DNA from: an uncultured Planctomycetota bacterium
Lineage (GTDB): Bacteria > Planctomycetota > Planctomycetia > Pirellulales > Lacipirellulaceae
Length of the DNA: 64,000 nucleotides
Reading direction: 5' to 3'
Assembly (NCBI GenBank): GCA_963719315.1
Contig: CAVRBU010000009.1
Span: 34,011-98,010, forward strand
Numbering within the stretch: position 1 is the stretch's first letter; each line of letters begins with the position of its first letter. This document shows positions 20,075-30,136 of this stretch, one piece after another. A model generated the notes under the pieces. That model made no database searches. It was not told where the DNA came from and saw only the letters and a list, made by a program, of their open reading frames with translations. A program made the position numbers and the translations under genes.

Positions 20075-20201
20075 GTTGCGACTCTTTCACCGAACTGCGG
20101 GCCCGCCTGCGGGCCGGCGTAATAGGTCAACCATCGTGGTCTCTGTTAAGCGCGGGCCTCGTCTGCCGCGCGACAAAATACGATACTCTGTTTCTATTAA
20201 A

Positions 20202-23200
20202 TTACTGTTGGGCCGATGTGTTGTTCGGTGGCTTGGCCGCCGCTGGCGGCTGTTTGCCGGCCGGTGCCTCGCCACCCGGCGGCGGCTCCTTCACCAGTCC
20301 CTTCACCGAAGTTTGGCGACGAGTGTACTCGTCGAAATTCATCAGCAAATCCACCACGCCTTCCAATTGCGCCGTGCTAGGACCAGCGAACAACGCTTGA
20401 TTGACGCCGCCAAAATTCGGCGGCGCCGGATCGTACGGGATGTTCACGGGCATGCCGGTGTACGGCAAAATCCGCTGCGGATTAGCCACCCAGCGGTGCA
20501 CGTATTCTGGCCGCAGCCGGCGATACACCTGATCCAAATTCGGCCCCGACGTCTTTATCGCGCCGCGCACCTGGTAGTCGCCCACTGAGTGGCACTTCAC
20601 GCAGTAGTTGCTATCCGTGACGATTTTCATGGCATCCGTCAGTAGCGCCGGATGCGTTTGCTCTAGTTCGGCCAGATATCCGCTTCGCCGACGAACGTTG
20701 TACTCATACGGGAACTCGGAGTCCGACACCGCGGCGAAATAATCGACCAACCTGCTGGCCTCGTCACTCGACATGTGGAAATTCGGCATCCGCAGTACGA
20801 CGGCCGGACGAATCTGCGTCGGATCCATCAAGAAGTCGTGCAACCAATTGGTTTGGACCTTTTCCCCTTCATGGTGTAGCGGCGGCGGCAACCAGCCCCA
20901 GGCCTCCGCGGCCACGACATTGGGATTGTTTTTCTTCTCCTCCGCCACGACGCGCGGATAGAGGTATTTGGCCAGGTCGCCGCCTAGACCGGGGAACGCC
21001 TTACCGCGGGCCGGACCCTTGCCGTCGATCGTGGCGGGGATTTTCAAGTTCTGTAGGCCGACTTTACGCACTTCGCCGTTGACTACCGCGGGCCGGAACG
21101 GAATGAACTCGAAGAACCGCGGCGATTCCTTGTCATCCGGCTCGATCGGCACTCCGTCCTCATCGACCAGCCGTGGTTTGCCGCTTGTTTCATCGCGGGC
21201 CGGCATGCCGTGCAACTCGGCGTGCAGGAAGCCACGCTTATCGGTAGTAACGGATGCCTTGAGTTGCTCCGGCGTAACGACCGGCTGCAGGAACGGGTAA
21301 TCGTTCGTCGTAGCCGGCGCATCGAATTGATTTGGCATGAAGGCGATGTCCCAGCGATCCATGTTCAGGATGTGACACCCCGCGCAATTGTATTTATCCA
21401 ACACGTGGCGACCTTGGACGATTGCTTGCTGGCGCAGACTCGGCTGGTAAATGTATTTCGATGCCGGCGCCTCGTTCGTCAGGCCGAGAACGAACGTCAT
21501 TACGGCCTCGCGCTCGGCCGCATCGAACGGGAACTTCGGCATGCGGAGCCGTTCGTCGTATCGCTTCGTGCGGGTCGCTTCGTAGTCAAAGCTCCGCGGC
21601 ATCCGCAGTTTCTGCCACAGGAAGCCGTTCCGCTCGTGGCTGCCGAGTGATTGCAGAAAGTAGGCAGTGTCCGCGTCGTACTTGTCATCGAGCGGATTGA
21701 TGCCATGGCCTTCTTCGTCTTCGCCGTTCGCCTTGACTCCATGATTGGCGGCCAGTGCCAGCGGGCCAACTCCCGTGCCGGCTGCATGATGCGTTGCCCC
21801 ACCGGCGGCTGCTTTGTTCCCGTGTCGCTGCGGCACGAACTCGCCATGCATCGCCAGGAATTCATTGACGTTCTCGAACGCCAGTTGAGCCGGATCCTTG
21901 CGGCCCCAACCCGCAAGCGGCGTACCGATCGGCTTCGCTGTTTCGTAACCGGGGATGTCGTGGCAGCCAAAGCAACCATACCGACCGATCGAGCGTCGGC
22001 CCACGTAATCCAACTGCCGCTGGGCGCGATCGTGCTCGTCCTTGAACGGCCCGATCAACACGCGCTCGTCCACTTTAACCGATGACGCGAGTTCCGGCGC
22101 GATGCCCTCTTTGGCATACTTTTCAGCCCGCAACTTCGGGAACGACGCCGAGAGCCAGACCGTCGTCAGATCGTTGAGCGCCTGCAATTCGTCGGCCGAA
22201 AGATCGGGGCCAGCCGACGTAATTTCGGGCTTCCAATCGGTCGGCACGCTTAGCAGGAATGCCCTGATATCGGCCGCAGGGTCGGAAACTTTGCCCGTCG
22301 CGTTGCCGGCCGAGTCCATTTCCGCAATCGGATCGAGGAACAAATTCGGCATCGCTGTTCGCGGATAGTAGTGATTCGGCGCCTTCAGCCAACTATAAAG
22401 CCACTGCTGGCCCTTCGGCGTGTTGAGCTTCGCAGCCAGTCGCGACAAATCGGGGCCCTGAGTTGAATGGATGCCAGGAAAGTCTTTGTGAGAATGGCAC
22501 GCCAGGCACCCGCGCATTTCGAACAGCAATTTGCCGCGCTCAGGGGACGGCAACTCCGTGATGCCTTTCGGCTGGCCAATGTATTCGAACGGTTGGCTGT
22601 TGGCCAGCAGGAACTGAGCCAACGCGCGGATTTCGATTTGCTCGAATCGCTGTGTGTATTCAAGGTCCGTAATCGACTGCTCGTTGCCGGCCGCATCGCG
22701 TATCTTGAATGCCTTATCGACATTGTTCAAATGTTCATAATTCAAGAAGAACTGCGGCATCCGTGTGGACGGCCGAAAGTCCGAGGGCTTGCGAATCCAA
22801 CTGGCGACCCAGGAAAAATCGACCTTCGAATTGAGATGACGCAAGCTCGGGCCAACCTTGCGGAACGCACCGGGCGTGTCCACATCCTTGAGTGCATCGG
22901 CGAGTGCGTGCGTGGCAGGAGTCAGGCGCGGCTTAGCCGCCGGTTGAGCCCCGTCCTCACCGGATTTCTTCCCCGCGTTTGCGTCGGCCTGAATCGACCG
23001 CATTAGCTCGCTACGGGCTTCGTTCTCAGTCGGCTGCGCGACAACCTTCAAAGCCATTTCGCGCTCAGCCGGGCTTAGACCGGGATCGGTCAGAATCTGT
23101 TTGCTAACCTCGGCGAAATTCGGCTCTAGGCGCAAATCGGGGCCCGTGCGTTTCGTCGGCCCGTCGAAGCCCGTGATTTCGTGGCAACCATAGCAGCCGT

Positions 23201-24843
23201 ATTGGCGGACCAGATTGTAGCCTTCCACCAACTTCGGCGCCGGCGGCTCGGGGAACCGCTCGCTCGGTTCGAGATCCACGACTTCGTGATGGCACTTCAG
23301 GCAATTGCTCTCGATGAATCGGTCGGGCGTCATGGGGAAACTCCAATGATGGTTGTCGAACCAACCATACTCACGCGACCAATCGAGTCCCTGGTGTGGA
23401 TCGTTCGGCGTGTGTGACGCCCACTTGAAATCGGTGGCGCTGCCCTGTCCGTCGTGGCAAATTGTGCAGCCCATTTCACCCTTCTTGTGCGGGCTCGTGG
23501 GACCGACGAATAAATCAAGCCGAGGATGGGATGTGAACGGCTGATCCAACCCGCGGCGAATCTTCACCTCCAGCGGCTTGCCCCATTCGACGACCTCCAA
23601 CAGGTAATGGAACACGTCTTCCTGCGCGGTGATCGGGCCGCCGTTCACTTCCAGCAGGATGTCGCCCATCTGCAAGCCAGCGACGGCAGCCACACTTTGC
23701 GGCGACACAACTTGAATCGTTACGGCGCTAGCTTCCACCTGCCCGCGGCGCAAGCACAATGCCGTAATTCAGGGCAAGCGCATCCGCTGGGCTTGATTCG
23801 GCAACGGACTTCGGAGCTTCTTTGGGCGTCGCCAGTTGTAGCAAGCGTTCGCGTTCGCTGCGCGGAATCGCCGGGTAGGCCGGTTCCGTCGCTGACCGCG
23901 GCGCCGTCTTGTCGATTGCCCGATGGCAAACGATGCAACGGTCGTATCGGGCAACTGAACTGAAGTTGTAGTTGATCTTCATGTCCGGCAGCCAAATCTG
24001 GTCGAGCTTGATATTGCCGGTGTAAAGTGCGTCCAGAACAGGGCCGCGGTTGATCCATTCGCCGGCCGAGTTTGAGAATTTACCGAGGTTTTCGCGAAGC
24101 AGATTTTGCTCCTTTTGCAGAGCGGCGATTTGATTCTTCCAACCCAGTTCGTCGGATTGGATCTGCTTCACGACCCCTTCCAATGCGATCCGGTAGTCCT
24201 TGGCCGCGGCCACCGAGGCATCGAGCTGCGCAATTTGATCCCGCAGGCTTTCGATTTCCCCCTCGACTTGCTGGGTTGGTTTTCCTTCGCCAACCAAGAT
24301 TCCGCGCGCGCTAATGGCCGCCGTTTGATCGGCCGCCTTGAATTTTTTCTTCGTCAACAGCGCACTTTCCCGACGCTTGGCTTCGCGTATGAAATCGTTC
24401 ATGCCATCGATCACGGTTTGTCGAGCGCTTGCCGCGTCGTCGCTCCCGGTTTCCGCGGCGCTCAGCTTCGCCATCGCGTTGTCGAGACTCGTAAAACTCG
24501 CGGGCGTTTCCGAAATCTGAGCGTCCTTAAGCCGCTTATCTTCCGTCAGCACCTTATCCTTGAAGTCCTCCACCAAGCGGACATCAATCGTCTTGCTGCG
24601 CGAGGCGATCAAGTCTTTCTGCAAGCGATCGAGAGCGACCGTCGAATCGGCCTGAGCTTGGGCCAACTGGGCCTGAATCGTCCAACCCTCGCGAGCTCGA
24701 TCGTCCAACTGCCACTTCCGCCATTCGCGATTGTGGTCTTTGGCCAGCATCCAAATCGTGGCGCCCAGCATCACGAGCGCAGAGATGCCAAACAGCACAT
24801 GCATCATCGCCTGATCGCGCCAAGTTTTTTCAGTTGCGGGCAT
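20202..24843 (-). CDS. Large multiheme (8 CxxCH) membrane-anchored cytochrome c with a PDZ-like segment; frameshift near 23740 (likely sequencing error)
   Basis: CIVCH lies in ORF 23728-24843. CTICH, CLKCH, CYGCH, CLACH, CFGCH, CAGCH and CVKCH lie in ORF 20202-23759. N-terminal TM plus coiled coil; VSPQSVAAVAGLQMGDILLEVNG is PDZ-like. Confidence 0.88.
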
Positions 24844-24920
24844 GGGTCAGAGCAAGGAGCAAGGAGCGGAGAGCATGGAGAAAAACACAGCCGCGATGCT
24901 ACGCATCGCCGGCAAACACC

Positions 24921-26345
24921 CTAAAAATTCAAGAAATACTCCGGAATCGCAATCAAATACTTCAGGTTGAACGACCACCGCAAAACCATCTTGATCGGCA
25001 GCGCCGCCATGAACAGCAGCAAGTTCGCGAGTACCATATACCGGATGAAACCCATCCGCTGATAAAACTTCCGCAGCACGGTGATTGCCATCATCGGCGG
25101 CAACGCCAGGAAATAACCGAGCACCAACAGCGTACCGGGTAGTTCACGAGTGAACAGGATCGCCACGAACTGCGACATCGGTTGCAACCAGCTCGATATC
25201 CACGAAGGCAGATCGGTCGCCATCCATTGCAACTGCGGCACCGCCGGCAGGCTTCTGCCCAGCCACCACTGCCAAAAGTATTCCGATAAGTTCACGTTGT
25301 TCAGCGCTTCGACCTTGTGCGCATCCCAAGGTTCGTAAGGACCGAAGAAATTCCAGTTCGGACCGCGCAGCAGCGTCCCCAGCACAATGAGCGTCACCCA
25401 CAACTCGAGAAACCCGAGTTGGAATGTGATGTATGCGAACCGCCGCTGTTTGATCGTGTAGTAGCCGTTGCCTTCCTTGTTGAAGTCGATGTACGGAATC
25501 GCCATCAATCCCACGACAATCAGGCTCGGCAACACGACGCCCGCCATCCACGGATCGTAATACACGAGCATTTCCTGTAAGCCCAGGAAGTACCACGGGG
25601 CCTTCGATGGGTTCGGCGTCTTTACGCTGCTAGCCGGCTCTTCGAGCGGCGCTTGAAGCCAAATGGCCCAGAAGATCAGGGCCGCAGTGATTGCGATCAT
25701 GCAAATCATCTCGGTGTAAACCAAGTCGGGCCACACCAGAATTTTCTCGTCATCCAGCTTCTCTAGAGGTGGTTCACCAGCTTCCATCCGCCGGTCATTC
25801 TCCACGGCGCGATAGGTCGCGAGCCACGTAAAGAACGCCAGCAAGAAAACGAGTGCCACGATCGGCACGTTATCCGGCTTGGCCACGATCGCGAAAAAGT
25901 TTTCGTCTGGCATCGACAAGGCCAGAAACAGCAGCATTAGGTTCCAAATGCTCCAGGCAATCGCCGGCCGCACGAACCACGAGCGGAACACGAACAGTAT
26001 TACCAAGACCGTCGTGGTTCCCAACGTATAAATGACGGGCCCCGTGTGCGCGTTGACCGTGTCCCGAAATACCTGTGGCATCCGCGGCAACATGCTGACG
26101 CTCTGCGTGGCGCCGGCAGCCATCGAGGCCATGATCACGAACGCGAACGCCACGATGGTCCACACTAGTGCATTGGTGATCGGCACGGTGAAACCGGGGA
26201 ACCGCAGCCTGAAATACGTCACCGGGCCTAATTTTTGCCACATCAGAAATGCCGCGATCCCGTTCATCGCCGCCAGCGCCAAGTAAAACGGCACCAAGAA
26301 CGATGAAACCGATTCGGCGAACTGTTGTGGGGAAATTCCGTGCAT
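24921..26345 (-). CDS. Cytochrome b C-terminal half (subunit IV/QcrC-like) with extra N-terminal TM domain
   Basis: VWPDLV, APLEEPA...TPNPSKAPWYFLGLQE (PEWY-region variant), PYID, RGPNW; start uncertain. Confidence 0.85.
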   Translation of the reverse strand: MHGISPQQFAESVSSFLVPFYLALAAMNGIAAFLMWQKLGPVTYFRLRFPGFTVPITNALVWTIVAFAFVIMASMAAGATQSVSMLPRMPQVFRDTVNAHTGPVIYTLGTTTVLVILFVFRSWFVRPAIAWSIWNLMLLFLALSMPDENFFAIVAKPDNVPIVALVFLLAFFTWLATYRAVENDRRMEAGEPPLEKLDDEKILVWPDLVYTEMICMIAITAALIFWAIWLQAPLEEPASSVKTPNPSKAPWYFLGLQEMLVYYDPWMAGVVLPSLIVVGLMAIPYIDFNKEGNGYYTIKQRRFAYITFQLGFLELWVTLIVLGTLLRGPNWNFFGPYEPWDAHKVEALNNVNLSEYFWQWWLGRSLPAVPQLQWMATDLPSWISSWLQPMSQFVAILFTRELPGTLLVLGYFLALPPMMAITVLRKFYQRMGFIRYMVLANLLLFMAALPIKMVLRWSFNLKYLIAIPEYFLNF

Positions 26346-26434
26346 TTTCTTAGCGATGGCCGCGAGGCACAATTGCTTTCGGTAACGTATGCCCTAGGGT
26401 GTCGGCGAAGCCGCCGACTCCAAACACCCTTCAA

Positions 26435-27208
26435 CTACAATGGCCCGCTGATGCCGCCGTCCTTGCGCATGCGCCAGAAGTGGATGGCCAACAACAACGA
26501 AACCGCCAAAGGAATGGCAATACAGTGCAAAATGTAAAAACGATTGAGCGTTTCTTCGCCTACGTTGCGCGCGCCTAACAATGCAAAGCGCGCATCGCTA
26601 CCGCTTGTAATCATGGGATAGCCCAGCGTCAGCAATTGGTGCCCCGGACCTTCATGTCCCAGGATCGGAGTTGCCCGGGCCATATTCGAACCGACTGTGA
26701 TCGCCCACACCGCCAATTGATCCCACGGCAGCAAATAGCCTGTGAAAGAAAGCAGCAGCGTGAGCAGCAGCAATATGACACCGACGACCCAGTTAAACTC
26801 ACGCGGCGGTTTGTAGCTGCCCGTCAGAAACACGCGATACATGTGGAGCCATACGGTGATCACCATTGCATGGGCGCCCCACCGATGAATCTCGCGCATG
26901 ATGCCTAACGAATAGATATCGCGCAAAGCAGTGATATCGTTGTAAGCCCACTCCAGCGTCGGGCGGTAATAAAACATCAGCAACACGCCGGTCACCGTCT
27001 CGACCAGAAACAAGAAAAACGTGACGCCGCCCATGCACCACGTATATGAGAGAGCGATCCCCTGCTTTTTGATCGAGACCGGGTGGAGATGCAGAAAGAA
27101 ATTCGTCAGCATCACCACGATCCGGTTGCGTCGATCAACGGGCATCGGGTGCCGAAAGATACTCTTCCATATCTGAGATTCGGTGATGATTTCGCCTAGT
27201 CCTGCCAT
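26435..27208 (-). CDS. Cytochrome b N-terminal half (cytochrome b6/QcrB-like)
   Basis: WCMGG, TGVLLMFYYRP, HRWGAH...LH, YKPPREFNW, GYLLPWDQ, helix D His pair spaced by 14 residues, and a GISGPL C-terminus. Confidence 0.95.
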   Translation of the reverse strand: MAGLGEIITESQIWKSIFRHPMPVDRRNRIVVMLTNFFLHLHPVSIKKQGIALSYTWCMGGVTFFLFLVETVTGVLLMFYYRPTLEWAYNDITALRDIYSLGIMREIHRWGAHAMVITVWLHMYRVFLTGSYKPPREFNWVVGVILLLLTLLLSFTGYLLPWDQLAVWAITVGSNMARATPILGHEGPGHQLLTLGYPMITSGSDARFALLGARNVGEETLNRFYILHCIAIPLAVSLLLAIHFWRMRKDGGISGPL

Positions 27209-27239
27209 GTCTCTTAATTCTTTCCTGAGCCCTGAAACG

Positions 27240-28274
27240 TTACACCTGGATGAAGCTGGACGGGTCGTCCCACGCTCCCATTTCTTGTTGGAACGTGCGG
27301 CTCTTGTCGACCTCGATCGAGCCATCGCTGCCGATGCCAATAGCGTAGCGCTCAAGCGGACGGGGGGCCGGGCCTTCGAAATTGATGCCGTCTTTGTAAA
27401 AACCGCTGCCGTGGCAGGGGCATTTGAACTTTTGCTCTGCTTCCAGCCAATTCGGCGTGCAACCCAAATGGGTGCAAACACTCTTCAGCGCGAAGATTTC
27501 TTGCTGGCCGTTGTATTCGGTATTCACGATCCACACGCCGAACTGGGCCTTGAACCGTGTTTCCACTTGGCCCGGCGCGAATTTGTCGGGCGTTCCGACA
27601 CTAAAGCGGCTAGGCGGCTCGCGCAATATGTTCGGAAACATGAATCGCACGGTGCCAAGCGTCCAAGCCGCAGCCGTAGCGCCGAGCGCGGTGAAGCCGA
27701 CCGCTAGGAACGACATGCCCAATATAAACACTCGTCGCTCGGTAGCTAGCTCCTTGCTCGCTTTAGCAGCGCTGAGTTTCGCATACGCCGGCTTCACCGG
27801 CATTGGCGGAACGACAATCGCTTCTTTCGCTTTCGCCTTCTTGGCATCGGCGGTAGCGGGTGCGGATTTCGCTTGCGCTTCGGCCTTTGTCATCGGCCCA
27901 GGCTTAGCGCCCGAGCGCGCGGCGGCCAGAATGCTTTGTGTATCGACGGGTTCCGACTTCGCCGGCGCCGCTTCTTTCTTGGCAGGCGCCGCTTTCGCAA
28001 CGGGAGCAGCTGGCTTTTCTTTAGGCTTCGCCGGTGCGGGCTCGCTTCCACCACCCTGCTTTTCGGCGCGAGCCATGGCCAGCATCTCGGCCACGCTCAA
28101 TTTCCCACCAGCGGCCGTTTTTTTCGTCGGCGGTGCGGCCGGCTTTTCTGCGGAAAGCGGCGCGGACTCTTCGGCAACTGCTTCCGCTTCCGGCGTTGCG
28201 GCATCGCCACCCGGCGCGTCGGCCTTGCGCGCGGCGGCAAGAATCTCTGCGACCGTCAATTTCTTTTCTGCCAT
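27240..28274 (-). CDS. Rieske iron-sulfur subunit of a Rieske/cytochrome b complex, with a long Ala/Lys/Pro-rich N-terminal extension
   Basis: CTHLGC and CPCHGS boxes, GPAPRPL, Tat-like ERRVFI plus TM anchor. Confidence 0.95.
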   Translation of the reverse strand: MAEKKLTVAEILAAARKADAPGGDAATPEAEAVAEESAPLSAEKPAAPPTKKTAAGGKLSVAEMLAMARAEKQGGGSEPAPAKPKEKPAAPVAKAAPAKKEAAPAKSEPVDTQSILAAARSGAKPGPMTKAEAQAKSAPATADAKKAKAKEAIVVPPMPVKPAYAKLSAAKASKELATERRVFILGMSFLAVGFTALGATAAAWTLGTVRFMFPNILREPPSRFSVGTPDKFAPGQVETRFKAQFGVWIVNTEYNGQQEIFALKSVCTHLGCTPNWLEAEQKFKCPCHGSGFYKDGINFEGPAPRPLERYAIGIGSDGSIEVDKSRTFQQEMGAWDDPSSFIQV

Positions 28275-28454
28275 CGTCTCACCGTTGTGCCGAGCACGCA
28301 CCGGAATGTCAGCCGAGTGCTCAGTCGGAGCAGCACCAACCCGTAAATCACTTGCGCTGTCACGATGTTAGGCTCGCGACGAGCCCGCCAAGTCTGCGGA
28401 AGTCCGTTATGCTGCAACAGGTTATAAGAACCCCGCGACCGGCCTGGCAGGGGA

Positions 28455-28472
28455 TTGTGACTTTTTTCACAA
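28455..28472. promoter_or_regulatory. Palindromic operator, Rex-like / CRP-like box
   Basis: TTGTGACTTTTTTCACAA is one mismatch from the Rex consensus TTGTGAA-N4-TTCACAA and an exact TGTGA-N6-TCACA. Confidence 0.65.
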
Positions 28473-28484
28473 TCTCCTAGCTAT

Positions 28485-28513
28485 TGTTTAAAACTCAATC
28501 GATTACTTGTCAA
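28485..28513 (-). promoter_or_regulatory. Putative sigma70 promoter of the respiratory operon
   Basis: Perfect TTGACA (28513-28508), 17 nt spacer, weak TAAACA(AT) -10. Confidence 0.45.
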
Positions 28514-28757
28514 CTGCCGTTCAGAAACTCCCGCCTACCCCCATAGCGGCCGAATACCCAATTCTCCGCGCCGCCTACGCAATGGTAAAGATCAAATTTG
28601 CAAATGACCCGCGTTTGCCAGCCAAATGTCCAACTCGATAACACACGATCCCCCAATCAATTGACGCTTGCCCCCTACGCGCCGAAACTGAGGCGGGCGC
28701 GCGTCTTGCGATTCTTCGCTCGCTCGAATCGGATCTCCTTCGCACCTCTCGCGTACA

Positions 28758-30053
28758 ATGGCGCATCACCAAATGAATGTATTAGTTGTTGGAAATGGTG
28801 GCCGCGAACATGCCCTGGCTTGGAAAATCGGCCAGAGCAGCCGGGTTGATCGTGTGTTCGTCGCGCCTGGCAACGCCGGCACGGCAGAAGACGCTGGAAA
28901 CGTCGATATTCCGGCGACCGATGTCAAAGGTCTGCTTGAATTCGCAAAGCAAAACCAGATCGATCTCACAGTCATCGGCCCCGAATTAGCGTTGGCTGCC
29001 GGCCTGGTAGATGCTTTCCAACGATCCGGCCTGCGGGCATTCGGCCCCTCGCGAACGGCCGCTGAATTGGAAACGAGCAAGGTGTTTTGCAAAAATCTGC
29101 TCCGACACGCCGATGTCGCCAGCGCCGACTACCGCGTGTTTCGCGATGCGCGATCCGCCACCACCTATCTCAAAGATCGCGACGACACGCCCGTCGTCGT
29201 CAAAGCCGACGGAATCGCGGCCGGAAAGGGCGTGATCGTTTGCGATAATCGCGACCAGGCGCTGGACGCGATCGACCGCATCGCGATTCGCAAAGAATTC
29301 GGCGACGCCGGAAATCAACTCGTGATCGAAGAGCGCCTCCACGGCCAGGAGGCCAGCGTGCTCGCGATCACCGACGGGCACACGATCATCACGATGCCCG
29401 CCTGCCAGGACCATAAACGCGCCTTCGACGGCGATATCGGTCCCAACACGGGCGGTATGGGGGCCTATTGTCCGACTCCCCTAATCACCGACCAACTTCT
29501 GGCGAGCATCGAAGAGCGAATCCTGGTGCCCACCGTCCACCAAATGAAACGCTCACGGCGGCCATTCCGCGGCATCCTTTACGCCGGCGTGATGGTCACC
29601 AGCCAGGGCATGAAAGTGCTCGAATACAACGTGCGGTTCGGCGACCCCGAGTGCCAGCCTCTGCTCATGCGGCTAAACAGTGATCTATTGGATTTGTTGG
29701 AAGCGACGGTCGACGGCCGGCTGGACGAAATCGCGCCGCCCGAATGGGATCCGCGCTCGGCGGTGTGTGTCGTAATGGCCAGCGAAGGCTATCCCGGCAA
29801 TTACGAGCGTGGCCAACCCGTCCGCGGTCTCGACGAAGCGGCCAGAGTGCCGGACGTTAAGGTGTTCCACGCCGGCACTGCACTCCGCGACGGCCAGATT
29901 GTAACCGACGGCGGCCGCGTCTTCGGCGTTTCGGCACTCGGCTCGAGCATTTCTGCCGCCAAGTTACAAGCCTACACAGCCGTCAAGTGCATCCGCTTCA
30001 GTGGCGCCTGGTGTCGCAAAGACATCAGTGACAAAGCCCTCACCTACAAATAG
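28758..30053 (+). CDS. purD: Phosphoribosylamine--glycine ligase
   Basis: GNGGREHALAW, APGNAG, VVKADGIAAGKGV, QDHKR, GPNTGGMGAY, EYNVRFGDPE. Confidence 0.98.
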   Translation: MAHHQMNVLVVGNGGREHALAWKIGQSSRVDRVFVAPGNAGTAEDAGNVDIPATDVKGLLEFAKQNQIDLTVIGPELALAAGLVDAFQRSGLRAFGPSRTAAELETSKVFCKNLLRHADVASADYRVFRDARSATTYLKDRDDTPVVVKADGIAAGKGVIVCDNRDQALDAIDRIAIRKEFGDAGNQLVIEERLHGQEASVLAITDGHTIITMPACQDHKRAFDGDIGPNTGGMGAYCPTPLITDQLLASIEERILVPTVHQMKRSRRPFRGILYAGVMVTSQGMKVLEYNVRFGDPECQPLLMRLNSDLLDLLEATVDGRLDEIAPPEWDPRSAVCVVMASEGYPGNYERGQPVRGLDEAARVPDVKVFHAGTALRDGQIVTDGGRVFGVSALGSSISAAKLQAYTAVKCIRFSGAWCRKDISDKALTYK

Positions 30054-30064
30054 CGCAGCACTCT

Positions 30065-30135
30065 TAGCGTCGGCGGCCACGCCGAATTCTCAGAACGCCT
30101 TACCCAACCAAGTTCGCCGTCGCCACCGACGCCAA
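30065..30135. repeat. REP-like inverted doublet between convergent genes; a related copy lies at 31225-31247
   Basis: TAGCGTCGGCGGCCACGCCGAA has an inverted partner TTCGCCGTCGCCACCGACGCCAA. GTAGCGTCGGCCGCCAGGCCGAA at 31225 matches 20 of 22 positions. Confidence 0.55.
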
Positions 30136-30136
30136 T

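Noticed and set aside
27424..28371. 315-aa plus-strand ORF and many similar antisense ORFs throughout
   Set aside because: Antisense shadows of GC-rich genes, with no motifs.
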